Positions 1 to 13,380 of a stretch of DNA of 64,000 bases are shown piece after piece. A program made the position numbers and the translations under genes. Numbering within the stretch: the stretch's first letter is position 1; every line of letters starts with the position of its first letter. Source of the DNA: the human T2T-CHM13v2.0 reference genome, Homo sapiens; the NCBI RefSeq assembly GCF_009914755.1, contig NC_060927.1. One strand, given 5' to 3'. The notes below the pieces were generated by a model. It ran no database searches. It was not told the DNA's origin and saw only the letters and a program-made list of their open reading frames with translations.

Positions 1-59
1 GGAGATGTTGATACCCGAAGGTTAGGAAAACTAGCGAAGGGAGGAAATATCTGCTACTC

Positions 60-1694
60 ATTTCATCAACTGGATAGCCTTATAGCACTATTGACATCCT
101 CATCTGGGCTCTGTGGGGTTTATCACAGAGATGTTCACCAACAAAAGCTATTGCTACCATCGTTAAGCTTGTAAGCATCCATTCATTACTACTGTACTTT
201 CTTCATTAAGTTCCTTTAACTTAGCTCTGTCCTTTTTCCTCATTTCTCAGACTCCTCCTTTTAAGTAATGTTTCTTCAGCTTCTTTAATCTTCCAGACCT
301 GTAAATGATGGAATGCCATGAAACCTCAGTCCTCAAACCTGTGAACAAAAAAGTATCTGAGACAGGTCTCAATCAATTTTGAAAGTTTGCTTTGCCAAGG
401 TTAAGGACACGCTGCTCATGACAGAGGCTCAGGAGGTCCTGATGACATGTGCTCAAGGTAGTCGGGGTTCAGCTTTGATTTTATACATTTTAGGAAGACA
501 CGAGACATCAATTAATACATGTAAGATGTACACTGGTTTGGTCCAGAAAGGTGGGACAACTCGAAGCGGGGACTTCTGGACCATAGGTAGATTTAAAGAT
601 TTTCTGATTGGTAATTGGTTGAAAGAGTTATTATCCAAAGAAAGGAATGTCTGGGTTATGATAAGGAGTTGTGGAGACCAAGATTTAATTATGCAGATGA
701 AGCCTCCAGATAGCAGGCTTTAGAGAGAATAGATTGTAAATGTTTCTTATCAGACTTAAAGAGTCTATTCTATCAGTCTTTAGGTTTGTTTTGATGTTAA
801 TGGTAATGAAGCATGTCTGACCACCTTCTCCTCCACCACTTCCCATTATGGCTTGAAGTAGTTTTTCAGGTTAACTTTGAAATGCCGTTGGCTGAGAGGA
901 GGGGTCCATTCGGATAGTTGGGAGGGCTTAGAATTTTAGTTTTTGTTTACAGACCCCTTTGCTTTCTGCATTTATTTTCAAAGTAGTCTTGCCAACCTAG
1001 AAGATGGATTTAAATGCCATTGTATATGTTATCCCAAATGTATAATACAGCTTACACATGCCTCCTGAATGGTAGATAAAGTATCAAACTATCTACCTCC
1101 CATTTGGAGGTCTAATAGATCACTTGAACTTACCAAGTCTATTACCAAACTCTTTATTATTCTTCTAATGCCTGCCCAGCCTCTCTCTCAATTCAGAATA
1201 AGACTCAAAGTCCCCTATAGGGCATTACATAATGTGATGTCACACTAATTTTCTGATCTCATCTCATATTGCATTTCCTTCTACTTGGTGTCTCTCATCA
1301 CAGCCAGTACAATTATACCTCAGGACTTCTCCACGGGGAGTTCTCTCTGCCTGGAATCCTCTTCCTCCAGATAACGATGTGGCTTATTTTCTCACTTCAT
1401 TCACGTTTCTGGGAAAAATAATCTCTAATTGAAGAGTTGTTTTCTGACTACTTTATTTAATATACAAATTTTCTCCACGTTAGTTTTGTCACTCTTTATC
1501 CAATTTTTCTGCTTTATTTTTCTTTGTTGCACTCATTATTGTCTTACATATAATTTTTCTTCACCTCCCATACTGGACTGTTAACTCCATGCTCATAGAG
1601 ATTTTGCTTATTTAAATCCTATATGTGCAGCTTTTAGCATAATTTCTGACTCATAGTAGGAATTCAGGAAATATCTGTGAGGTGAATGAATAAA
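60..1694 (+). mobile_element. L2 LINE 3' remnant, split by the MER4A LTR
   Basis: Degenerate L2 3' end (tagcataatttctgactcatagtagg...gaatgaataaat, about 1634-1694). L2-like sequence lies on both sides of the LTR. Boundaries approximate. Confidence 0.6.
340..951 (-). mobile_element. MER4A-type ERV1 solo LTR
   Basis: TG...CA termini. Reverse complement begins tgtaaacaaaaactaaaattctaagccctcccaac...ttaacctgaaaaact, the MER4A start. 4-bp TSD aacc/gacc with one mismatch (336-339, 952-955). Confidence 0.85.
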
Positions 1695-1744
1695 TATATT
1701 TTTAGATTTTCTTTATACATAAAAGTGTCTATTCAAAAATTTTT

Positions 1745-1985
1745 TTCAGATAATGCTGTCTTTGTGGTTCTGGAAATTGCTTTCTTACTTAGTAATATGC
1801 TCTAAGCATCTTTCTATAATACATCACCAAATATAGATCTAAATCATTTTTACTAGTCTCAGAGTATTTCATTGTATGGAGGTGCTGCGATTGATTTATT
1901 CAAACTCAACTGATGGACAGTTGGATTGTTTTCCTTTTTTTTCTATTTCAAACAATGCTTTAATAAATAAGCTTATATTGAAATC
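1745..1985 (-). mobile_element. Old L1M (L1ME-like) 3' fragment
   Basis: gtatttcattgtatgg...ctgatggacagttggattgttttc, typical of antisense L1ME 3' UTR. Confidence 0.5.
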
Positions 1986-1997
1986 TTTTGTAATGCA

Positions 1998-2460
1998 ATT
2001 CTTCAAGCAATTATTGAGTATCTGCTATACACAATTCACTGGCCTAGACAATGGGATGGTAAAGTAGAGACAAATGTGACATGGTTCCTGCATTCAGGGA
2101 GCTCATGACCTACTCAAGGAGACAGATGATGGAAAATAAGAATGACATATTTTAGAGAATAATAGAGTATAGAATTATAGAGTACTGCAAGGGCAGTAGA
2201 GAATAGGGGATTCAGGGATGGAAACTATCAGGAGATGCAAGATTCAGAAAAGCTTTTTGGAAGGTCTGTAAGTTTGGCCTGGGCTTTGGCAAAGGTTTCA
2301 ACCAGCAGAGGGTCTGAGGTGAAGAGAGAGTGCTACGCATTTAGAGGATTGCCAGAACTATTCTTGCATAGTTTAGCTCTCTAGTTTGACTGGAACAGAA
2401 GGTGGGTGAGCAACAAGGTCAAAAATGTAGGCTGGGGCAAGAGCACCTACCAGGTCCCAA
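1998..2460 (-). mobile_element. L2 fragment
   Basis: ttattgagtatctgctat...acatggttcctgcattcagggagctcat matches antisense L2 3' end. Confidence 0.55.
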
Positions 2461-2584
2461 TCATTGTCAAGCCAAAAGATCCAGGGATAAAGAATAATGT
2501 GGGAATAGATCCATGTGACTTACCCATCAGACTTTTTCCTTTTTCAGAAGAAAGTTTGTCTGGGCTCTCCTGGTCTGTGGGTAA

Positions 2585-2977
<393 letters not shown>

Positions 2978-4576
2978 TGACTTTTAACTGCTGACCATTT
3001 CGTCTTATTTTTTCAGAACCTCATTTTGTGAACCATAAAACAACAACAATAAAATTCCCAATCGACCCACTGCTAATGGGCTATATGTATCCTGTGAACC
3101 ACCAATTTGTAAATTCTGCCCTAAGGGCCCTGAGGAGACTCTGTCCCCTAATAATGGTGAATTTCATTCTTTTTGGACCTTGAATATGATAGCGAAATTC
3201 CATTTTACATCATAATCTAAGATGCACATACATAAGCATATATAAATGAAACAAAACTTTTAGAAAACAGTACTTAATCCTAACAACTTACTTAACAAAA
3301 AGAAAAGCGCTATGATTTAGACTAGTTCAGTTCATTCTCTTCTGTTCTTCCAAAAAGAAATCTTTCTTTTAACCTACACAGCGAACTTCAGGACTCACCA
3401 TGATTGCAAAATTCATTGAAAACATTGTCCTGACTATAATGCTTCTTTTGCCATCTAAACCTATGTTATTTTGTAATACCTCTTAGGAGTTTCCTTCTCA
3501 GGTGTTTAGGAATTGTGGATCCAACTAGAACATAAACAGCTTTCAGGCAGGATTTCCTCCTTTCTCTTAGATCCACAATCACAGCAAATGTAGCAATTAT
3601 TCAACAACTGGATGTTGGAATTTGGGCCTCTGAGATTCTCCCCAAGTCAGATTTTATAGTCTGAGTTTCAAAGGCCTTGGGTTTGTAAACCGATTCCTTG
3701 ACGTAGCTGGAGGAGATGGTCATTGACTTTTACTTAGAAAACCATTTGTCACTAGTTCATCCAGCTTCCCTCCAAAAATGTGTCCCTGAACCTCAGCCTG
3801 AAATTGAAATCCTCTTTATCTTGAGGCCAAATTGGCTCCACTCCTACAGCTCCTATCTCAACCCCAGGCCACGTCCTTTTGTTGGATTGATTGTGAAGGC
3901 CAAATCACAAGTTCTTCCTATTTTATGCTTTATATAATCTGAACCCTTTCTGGTTATTAAGAAACACAAATGATTTTAGTTATCATGGAATTAAATGTAG
4001 CCTAGAACATTCAATATTTGTCAGGTCATGTTGCAAATGAGCTACTGTATTCATAATGGATGTGTCACCATCATAAATATGACAAAAGGACATTTTCAAA
4101 AGATGATTATGCGCACCGATGGGAGAGAAATATGAGCTCAAGAAATTAACATTCTCATCACTGCCTTGCTCCTCTGCTTTGCATTATTTAAGGATCTCTG
4201 GTGACTTGACTGAAGTCCTCCTTGTCCCCTAAAACCCTCAGTGTGCCAAGCTTTTGGAGTATAGCCCACCTTGATATCAAAAGAAAGACCCCTGTTGGAG
4301 AAGTTGACATTTCCCCCTCTCATCTCTAGGTTAATGGGGAGACCTGAATTCAAAGGCACCTTCGTCTCAGTGGGAGCACCTTAAGACATCTTCAGTTTTG
4401 ATTTATATTGCTTTCAGGTACATGTTGGATAAAAGCTGATGGGAATGGGAGAAAGAAGCCAGATGCAGAGTAGATCCAAGGGAAGAACCGAAATGCAGAA
4501 CATTTTACTTCTTTGTTTAGCTATGCTGTGTATTAACTAGCCAACACTGTATTGAATACTTGCCATGCACAAGACT

Positions 4577-4752
4577 AGTTGTCCTCCACTCTCTTGATCA
4601 CTCAAATCTCCTGGGGAGCTTTTTAAAACTACCAATATCCTGGCCCCATAAAGACTCTGATTCAATTGGTTGTGAGTGGGGACCCAGCAATATGGAAGTT
4701 TTAAACAGCTCTGCAAGAGGTTTGAATGTGCAGCCATGGTTGAGAACCACTG
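4577..4752. mobile_element. MER5A/B hAT-Charlie MITE
   Basis: ctcctggggagcttttt...ctctgattcaattgg...ggttgagaaccactg terminus. Confidence 0.75.
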
Positions 4753-4759
4753 CATTAGA

Positions 4760-4965
4760 TGCTATTCATAAACTTTAAATTTTTAGCTTGTTCAACCCAC
4801 AGGTCTATAAGGTTGCTATTATCATTATCCTCAATTTTCAGGATTTTTACCTCTATTTAGTAAAATAAAGGTAAAGAGAAGTTAGGTACTATGCCCATGT
4901 CATACAGGCTGGTAAGGGGTGGAATCCAAACGTGAGTCTAGGTAGTTGGATTTCAGAGTGCAAAG
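4760..4965 (-). mobile_element. MIR SINE
   Basis: Degenerate antisense MIR core (attatcctcaatttt...agagaagttaggtactatgcccatgtcatacag). Confidence 0.55.
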
Positions 4966-5135
4966 TAAGTTTAATGCAAAGATCAAAGGAAGGAGGAACA
5001 CTTATGGTCAGGCATTTGGGACAGAAGTAGCAAAGGGCTGACTACATAGGTGGATAAGTTATAGCAACGGAGTCTCCATTGTATATACCTCCACCCTAAA
5101 GGAATATGGGAAGGAGAGTGCTTAAAGTCTATCAG

Positions 5136-5310
5136 CAGGACTGGCTTTAGAGTGTACAACCTGTGCATGAGCTCAAAAGGGTCCCATACCTTGTTTAATG
5201 CTCTGCTGTTCCTGTCTTGAAATTCTTAATAGGTTTGAAATAAGAAGCTCCACATTTTCATTTTGCACTGGACCCCACAAATTATTAATATGACACTCAG
5301 GCCAGTCCTG
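5136..5310 (+). mobile_element. MER91A hAT-type MITE
   Basis: Terminal inverted repeats caggactggc / gccagtcctg. Internal tttaatgctctgctg...cttgaaattcttaata...ttttcattttgcactg matches MER91A. Confidence 0.8.
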
Positions 5311-5630
5311 AGTGTCAGACTCATGGAACTGAAATTGTAGCCATTTTTTCTAGTTTGAATGCTGTGTGTGATGAGAGGGGTGATTGCCTCTCTGCAGGGG
5401 TTTCAGTGGAACAGCAATCCCTGCCACCCTTTCTTTGTGAATGCACAGCTCCTAGAGCTGGAAAAGCAAACATCAAAGTCTCTGACAAATGGAGAACAGA
5501 GCTGTGAGTTGCACAGATTAAAATATAGAGTGGGGAGAACCCAAAAAAAACCAGTGGTGTCCTAAAAAGTCCTCTATGCATTGCTGCACTGAATCTTTAC
5601 AACTCTAGAAGATGAGAATGAGTGTGAACC

Positions 5631-5840
5631 TCCCAGGTTCGCGCCATTGTCCTGCCTCAGTCTCCTGAGTAGCTGGGACTACAGGCGCCCACCACTGTGC
5701 CCGGCTAATTTTTTGTATTTTTAGTAGCGATGGGGTTTTATCGTGTTAGCCAGGATGGTCTCGATCTCCTGATCTCGTGATCTGCCCGCCTCAGCCTCCC
5801 AAAGTGCTGGGATTACAGGCATGAGCCACTGCGCCCGGCC
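5631..5840 (-). mobile_element. AluY, 3'-truncated (no tail)
   Basis: AluY-type ttagccaggatggtctcgatctcctga and gactacaggcgccc. 5' end intact at 5840; about 70 nt of the right arm plus the poly-A are missing. Confidence 0.9.
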
Positions 5841-6179
5841 AACTATTTTATTTTTATTCTATCATCACCCATTCAACAGTTACTCACGGGGCACCTTCAG
5901 TACCTTAGGTACTGTTCTTCTTTCTTGAATTTAAAAGGGGTGAGGATTCAGTGAGATGATGTTGTACAAATATGACCTGTTATTACCTGGAGTCTTCTCC
6001 TGCCCCAGTTTGGCTGTTCACTGAGTTCCCAAGTGTGACTTGTGATTACGTGGTCAGCTATGTCCTATTTTTATTTATTTATTTATTTTTTACCTTTCAA
6101 CTTCATACACTTCCTTTAAAACTGAGATCAAATTTATAAACCTGACTCATTATGAGGATGGTGATTCTAAGGGTAGCTC

Positions 6180-6390
6180 ATGTTTTTGGAGTATGTAATG
6201 TGTGCCAGATGCAGTGACAACAATTATTTGCATCAGCTCATTTAATTTAACCCTTACAATAGTCCAATGAGATAGGTACAGAAAGCTAGGGAAGGATTAA
6301 CAAGTTTCTCAGTATCACTCAGATGCCAATGCTAGGGCAAGACTTCAAACCATATGTTGCATGGCATTAAAGACCAGGCTCTTAAACACT
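6180..6390 (-). mobile_element. MIR SINE
   Basis: aatgtgtgccagatgcagtg...ctcatttaat...ttacaatagtccaatgagataggtac. Confidence 0.6.
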
Positions 6391-6914
6391 GTAGTACTGA
6401 AACACTTATTCTATATTTCTATTATTATAGAAATCGATTATATATACATATTTATATTACATATAAATATTAGTATTTCACTTATTATTGAATATTGATT
6501 CCTTCAGTGTTATTGTACACTGATATGGTATGTATGTTATGTGTTAGCTTCCAAGTGTCTAGAAGAAGCTATATTTTTACACTTAATGTCTCAGGTAGCA
6601 TTTGTAATTGTGTCTTTCATGGTGCAGATATTAAAACATACTGATTGACTAAAATTCTACTGGAAAATATATAATACCTAATCATTGGTCAAGTAAAAAA
6701 TCTATAAAATTGTTTATGTAAGATCATAGTTTTTTTTTGGTTAGACACCAATTTCTCTTTGCCTGAATTTCTAGAATTGTATTTAGAAAAATAGATTACT
6801 TAGTAATTTTAACATTCCAAAAAGAGCGGTTAATATTATTTAAGCATTTTTCCATATCACAGTTATTATCCAAGTGCTCTACCTATCTTAAGCCATTTAA
6901 TCTCTACTAACATG

Positions 6915-7790
6915 GTGGATGCAGTTTGTAATTCACTCCTTCTTTCCTGACTTACTCTGGGTATTTAGATTTCCCCCTTGTGGCAACTGTATTAGCCTGT
7001 TTTCCCACTGCTGATAAAGACATACCCAAGACTGGATAATTTATAAAGGAAAGAGGTTTAATGAACTCACAGTTCCACGTGGCCAGGGAGGCCTCACAAT
7101 CATGGTGAGGTGAAAGGCAGGCAAGAGAGGATGAGAACCAAGTGAAAGGGGTTTCCCCTTATAAAACCATCAGATCTCGTGAGACTTATTCACTACCGCA
7201 AGAACAGTATGGGGGAAACAGCTCCCATGATTCAATGATCTCTCACTGGGTCCGTCCCACAACACGTGGGAATTATGGGAGCTACAATTCAAGATGAGAT
7301 TTGGGTGGGGACACAGCCAAACCATATCAGCAACAAATGCTTCAGGGGAGGGGAGCCTGTCCCCAGCTTCAGGATGGGTCTGATTTGTTTCCTATCTCCT
7401 TGAGAGTAACTGGTATAGGAATCCAGGACAACCAACAGGACGAATTGCTGCACAGAAGAATTGGCTTAGGAAAGAGTGTGCATCTCAGTCCAGGAGAAGG
7501 AGACAAGACACAATGTTTACAGGGAGCATTTGGAAAAGTGAAAGCCACAGGAAAAGATGGCTTCTCTCCACCAAGGACATCACCATGTTAGAACTAAGGC
7601 AGCTTTCTCACTATCAGCTCAAGAATGAAGCTAAGAGAGAAGAGAGACAGCCAAGAGAATCACAAAGAAACTGAATTCAGGCCTTAATTAGTCTTCCCTA
7701 TCTCTAGAATTTTCAGATATGTAAGCCAGTAAATTTCCTTGTTGTTTAAGCTGGTTTGAGATGGGTTTTCTGTTCCTTGCCTCCAAAGCC
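6915..7790 (+). mobile_element. Old MLT1 (J/K-like) MaLR LTR, split by THE1B
   Basis: 3' part agccagtaaatttccttgttgtttaagctggtttgagatgggttttctgttccttgc is typical of MLT1J/K. Boundaries approximate. Confidence 0.5.
6988..7329 (-). mobile_element. THE1B MaLR solo LTR
   Basis: tgtattag...ccaaaccatatca termini. Perfect 5-bp TSD gcaac (6983-6987, 7330-7334). Confidence 0.92.
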
Positions 7791-9049
7791 ATCAAACTCT
7801 CACATGGATATCAAATGTTATGTTATATGTTAGAATTAGATATAAGAAGATACACCAGCAATTGAAATATGACAATTACAGAAATGCTATCATATGACAT
7901 TTGCGTAGTGCTGTACAAGGGTTGCCAAAGCATTATGTGTAACAAGCTCCTGATATTTCAGTTGTAAACTATGGCTATTGAAAAAGAGAAAACATTGCCG
8001 ACCAACATGGACCAGCCCTGCCTTTGCCAATAAAAAGCTGCTTCTCCCCAAATATGAAGAAGATACATGGGATATGACCGTGAGTGCAAATCTCCTGAAC
8101 AAATTCCCTGTCCTGCAAGAGTCTCAATGTTGTGTCAAGTACGTGGCCATCTTCCCTACTTGACCTGGTTCTGACCTTGTGCTTACTTGTACATACTTGG
8201 ATAACTGCTAGATGCACTTCCCTAGAGGAGCTCCCTGTAAATCTATAACAAACCATGTCACTCACAGGAGCACTCTTGTAGCTACAGTTTGCTCACAGGG
8301 CCAAAAGCAACTTTTGCACGTTTTCAGATTAGTGCTATGGTTTTGCTGGCCATGTTGCCTTAGTCTGAGAGATGGCATTGAATCTGTAAATGGCTAAATG
8401 CCCAATCTTTTCCTGATTCCCTCATTGGAAGTGAATCCTTCCTTTCCCCAGTATCCTGTCTTTTGTACTTGCATTGCAGCATTAGCCAGAGTTCATCTTA
8501 AATCAGAATTATTTATGCAAATGATTGTCTTCTTAACTTGATTGTGGGCAAGTTAAGAGCTAAAGACAGTGTCTCAATTTCTTTTCTAGTCTTTGGATTA
8601 TCAAAGAGTGGACCTGCTGGTTGAATGTAACATAAGATCAAAAAGCCCCAGAAATCTCATGGGGGGCTCATGGACTATGAGGGCTCATAAACAGATGTTG
8701 AGAACCATGCAGTAGAGACAAAGATGATGTTTGAGTTTTTACAATATATTTACACGCCAGAGAAATACAAATACAAAGCTAGGTGTCGTTCCTTCTCTTG
8801 ATGAAAGAAATATCGAGTAGCAGATATTTATAATTTTTTATTGTATGTATCTAAAAATATTTTGATATTTGAAGAGTATAGAAAATAAAGATAATACAGA
8901 GACAGAGCTTATAGAATTACTGTCACTATAGAAGCTGAAAATGCCAGGCACTCACTTATTCTGGCAAGGGCTGTTGTACAGTCAGGGCAAGGGCTAATGA
9001 TAGGCTTGGCAAGTCAGGCACATCCATCCCAGGCTTTGGTGACTTAGGA

Positions 9050-9480
9050 TCTCCCACTAGCAGACCTTGAAACAAGGTCTTTGGCTCATGTGTTTGTTTT
9101 GGAAGTCAACCAGGAAGCTCAAGTGAAGGAATGGGGAAGGCGAAGGAGGGGAGAGAGTGAAGCCTGTTAAAAGGAATGTTAATGAGTGGGTTACTGCTGT
9201 AGACAGGTGGGTCTCAATCTTCCCGAGAATCATCAAAAATCTTCTAGAAAGCATAGTAGAAGTGCTGCAGTGAGAAGCGGGGCTATTTATTCACCAACTT
9301 CCACTCATCATTGGTTGAGATTTTTCCCGGCACACAGGCTAGTGGAGCTCTTGGGTACATAAAGTCTTCAGGTGGCAAAGTAGAAAGAGAGGGAAGATGA
9401 TGGCATGATGATGGACATGATGGCAGGTCAGCTCAGAGCTGTGCTGCGGAGATATGAGGTGGGCAGGGTATTGACAGCAG
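9050..9480 (-). mobile_element. Old ERVL/MaLR-type LTR remnant
   Basis: agcagaccttgaaacaagg...gtttgttttggaag...gagtgggttactgctgt pattern. Subfamily uncertain. Confidence 0.4.
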
Positions 9481-9829
9481 CTGCCTCATTCTGGGAGCCA
9501 GAAGCAAGAAGAATAAAACTGGGGGAATCTGCTGTGGTGGTGCAACCCTGGTTGAAGCACTCAGGGTCTTGAATCAGCATTGGCTCCCAGGATAGAGTGC
9601 TAAAGTGGTGGTGATGCACTCCAAGGTTATTTCGTGTAATCTTCACAACTCTGCCATATTGGGTGAGGAAAAAAGAGAGCCTTAGGGATGAAAAATTAAC
9701 TTGTGTAAGGTCATACAACTACTACTGTAGTAAAGATAATCTTTCAAGGAGTGCAAAACAGATAACCAACAATGATAATGATTCTTAATATTTAGAGGTA
9801 ATTAAGACAATAATAATAATAATAATATC

Positions 9830-10010
9830 ATTATGATAGTTCTTTGCCTGTGTAGAGTTCATATCAATGTGCTTTTCCAAACATTTCATTTATTTTGCTT
9901 CATTCATGGGGAGGCATTTCTGTTGTCTTGTATAGATGGGAATACTGAGCTTCCAACATGCAATAACTTGCCAGGAAGCCATGGAATTAACTGCAGTCTA
10001 AGCACAATTC
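9830..10010 (-). mobile_element. MIR SINE
   Basis: tatagatgggaatactgagc...aataacttgccaggaagcc core, preceded by an (AAT)n tail. Confidence 0.55.
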
Positions 10011-11059
10011 CCTTCCCAGAGTGCTTACCTTCCTTCATCCCTGTAGGCAGCAGAAGACAAATGTACTATGCAAATAGTACAATTCATTTCTTTTGCAGGT
10101 GTATGTCTCTCTGTATTCAATTCTCATGAAACCTTTCATGAGGTTAAAGTACCTGTTTGCAGAAGTTTTGGAAAGCCCCACAGTTGCAAAAGTAAACACA
10201 CAACCTTCATACGTATTCTAGTCTCCTTAGCATAGCAAACCGTTGATGTAACCACCTGCTATTCTCTGGGGGAAAAGAAAGATTTAGAGGGAATATGAAA
10301 TCTGGAGAAATGGTTCCATTGAGAATTAACCCTCTTTTAAGAGAAGTCTCAGGCTGTTACAACTGGATATGTATGAGTTTTCATTCAGGGCTTAAAATAG
10401 AACAAAATTAGATCTTATGAAAGATTTATGAAGCAGCAATTTGCTCATCTATGCATTTGGATTTTGTGTGTGTTCTCTCATTTTGGGAAGTGCAGTGGTA
10501 AAAGTGAATGGCAATGACCAAACTTAGATATTTTGACTGTGTGCAGTGGTCCCCATCACCTATAGAAATGTGTGGTTCTGCCAAGGCAAGTGATGTAAGG
10601 CTGGAGGATGGAAAGTATCGCTGTGCAGTCAGTATCTTTTTATCATCAGCCCTCAAATGCATTGGGGTGCATGTAGTTTTAAATACACATGAAACCATCT
10701 GGTCAATTAAGTCATCATCTTTGTACTTTTGACCAGTTAGCTTTTTTTTCTGATGTTTTTATGATAAAAATGAACATGAGAAGTAACGAAATGTTAGGTC
10801 TAGATCATCATGGTGTCACAGTCAAGATCAAGAAAGAGAATTTCCCTTGCCCTTCTTCCTTGATGTAAAAATCAAAAAGTTGTGAACAGAACAGTAAAAA
10901 AATTGTTATTAGTAACTGGTATCAAATAACATGCATAATTGTTTATTTGGAATCAATATGTTTTACAAAGCACCAATAAATCACTGTGGGCTGGTTGGGG
11001 CTGCATCAAGATGAACTTTTATGCAGAGTGCCTATAATAAACAGCACCGGGCTATTCTT

Positions 11060-11530
11060 TAAGTTAGCTATTCCGCTTATTTGTTGCTGCTTCATGAATG
11101 AAGCCACACTGGACTAGGTGGCTTAAGACAATAACCATTTTATTTATTTGGTCCCAAACTGCATCAGCTGGGGCAGCTTGTTGAAGGCTGGAGAATCTGC
11201 TTCCAAGATAGCCTCAGCCACATGGCAGGGAAATCAGAGCTGCCTGTTGGCTGGGGTATTGACTGGAGCTCCTGATCTGGGACTCAGTTCACACGATTAG
11301 GTTGGACTTAGCACAGCCTGGCACTTTTAGGATATTCAGATCTTACATGGTAGCTGGCCTTCCCCAGAGTGCAAAAGCAGAGGATGATATACATTCTTAA
11401 GACAGGCACAGAACAGGCACATCATCATTTCTGTTACATTCTGTTGGTGATTTGATTTAAATACGGAGAATAAATCCTCTATTTCTCTGGAAGGATTGTT
11501 AAAACTTGGGTAAAATTTTTAACATACTAT
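11060..11530 (-). mobile_element. MLT1 (G/H-like) MaLR LTR
   Basis: ggtggcttaagacaataaccatttt...ggctggagaatctgcttccaagat...cttacatggtagctggccttccccagag. Confidence 0.6.
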
Positions 11531-12233
11531 TATCATTCAGCACATACACAGAATCCTTTCTTCTGAGCGGGGAACAAATGCAACCTAGGAATGGAGGAAA
11601 ATCTCTTTCATTAGAATTCAGACTAAGTATTTCTGAATACACCTCCATCAAACATAGTTATCCTCACCAGCATCACTAAAATTTGATAATTTGTTACAAT
11701 ACTTAACTCTCTGGAAATATATCAAAGTTCATATCTCTACCCTTGCTAATAGGACTTTTAAAGGAAACCTTGTGAGTTCATGCCCTAAAATAATATTCCC
11801 TGTTGATCAAAGTATCAGGCCTTGCAAATTTCATGATCATTCCCATAATTAAGATTTCTGCCTGAGGTTAATTTCCCTAGGGACTGCCCAACTTCTTGGG
11901 AGGGATATTTCCTAATTTATGATACCTTGTTAGTGAGGGTTTCTGTAGCATCAGGGAAGGTTTCTAAGCCTGTAGCCTGAGTCATGACAAAATAGGAGGG
12001 TAGCTAACAATTATTGAACACTTTCTCTCTGCTGCATGCTGCGTAGAATTATCATAAGCCTGATTTTTTTTTCAAAAGAAATCAATTGTAATACAAAATA
12101 GCAAGTCATATGAATTATCAGTGGTCATTTAGCTAGGAAGTGGCAGAACAGGATTCAAACCTGGACAGCTTTCATTGCAGAGTCTGTGTGCTGACCTCCG
12201 GCAGGGCCATCTGCAATGGCGAGTCACTATAGT

Positions 12234-12415
12234 TGGGTGGTTCTCAAAGCGTGTTTATGGACCAGCAGCAGCAGCATGGCCTGGGGACTTGTGAGAACTG
12301 CAGACTCTTAGCCACTGCTCAGAGCGAGTAAATCAGAAACTTTGGAGACGGAATTTAGCAATGTGTGTTTTCTCCATCCTGGTGATTCTGATACATTCTC
12401 AAATTTGAGACTCAT
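12234..12415. mobile_element. MER5A MITE
   Basis: gtggttctcaaagcgtg...ggaccagcagc...aatcagaaact...ggtgattctgatacattctcaaatttgaga. Confidence 0.8.
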
Positions 12416-13004
12416 GTTTTAAAAATCGTCACTTCAAGAAAATGCTGTATTAATCATAGGGCTGACTGATTAAAGCTATCATGCCATAGGCTTCTCAAGG
12501 CACCTCAACAAAGACCAACATCCTTCACAGAAATGATCCACATTCAACAAACATTCTAGCTGTAGCTTGACTTAATGATCATGTCTTTCGCATTTGGCTT
12601 GGAATACAAATTCACTCCATTTCCCAACTCTCCAGTTGGTTCTATGCTTCAGTTTCCTCATATTAAAATATAGATAATGATGCTTGTTCTCTTCTCTCAC
12701 AGAAATAGTCTAGGAATTAATGAGCTATATTAAACTCATTCAGTTCCTGGAAGAAAGGCAGTATATAAACACTATATTAATATTTTAAGCAGGTTAACTT
12801 TTTCCATGTGAATAAAAGCCTTTTTTCTTTTGGTCATCAAACATGTTGCTTTTTCTCAAAAGAATTTTTTGATTCTTTAAAAGTTTTCTTTTTTAAAGAT
12901 ACCAACCAGATTTCTTTCCAAGTACCAAAGGGAAGAGTATCAGGATGAGAAAACATTTTTATGAGAAGAGCTAAAGTTTTAAAATTCCTGGTTTTATTAG
13001 CGAT

Positions 13005-13380
13005 AAGAGGCAGTGTGGTGTTATAGCAAGAACACTGAGTTAGGATGCCAATAATGCCAAGTTTAAGTTCTCCATGCTACTTTTGAGGTGTGCAAACTAG
13101 GGTACCCTCTTCCACTTTTTAGGCCTCAGTTTACTGAACTATAAAAAGTGGCAATATACCAAAGAATTGGAGTCTAGGCACTGGCCTCAAAAACCTGGGT
13201 GTGAATCCTGGCTTGGCCATTCATTAGCTGTGTGACCTAAGAATAGTTACTTACTTTCCTTGATCACCTGTCTCCTCATATGAATAAGAAGGAGAGCAAC
13301 ATAATTCAATAAGGAAATGAAACCAAGGAGCTCAGCTTAGTGCTTGGCACTCAATAATAAGCCCTGGCTATTATTAACAT
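13005..13380 (+). mobile_element. Two adjacent MIR SINE fragments
   Basis: gaggcagtgtggtg...ggcctcagttt, then gtgaatcctggcttggccattcattagctgtgtgacct...gtgcttggcactcaataa. Confidence 0.65.

Noticed and set aside
379-723. 114-aa ORF
   Set aside because: Lies wholly inside the MER4A LTR, starts at TTG, and has no recognisable domain.
2302-2316. CTCF-like ccagcagagggtc (weak matches also near 11112 and 62500)
   Set aside because: Mismatch at highly constrained core positions; two of them sit in decayed repeats.
3170-3430. Possible hAT-Charlie remnant
   Set aside because: Only a vague terminal resemblance; I cannot support a family or boundaries.
7962-8079. Possible 118-nt exon (tttcAG ... ACC|GTGAGT) with one open frame
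   Set aside because: The acceptor has a poor pyrimidine tract and the peptide has no recognisable homology; such pairs are common by chance.
10123-10142. 9-bp hairpin ctcatgaaa-cc-tttcatgag (a similar one lies near 35845)
   Set aside because: Stems of this length are expected by chance in 64 kb of AT-rich DNA and have no supporting context.
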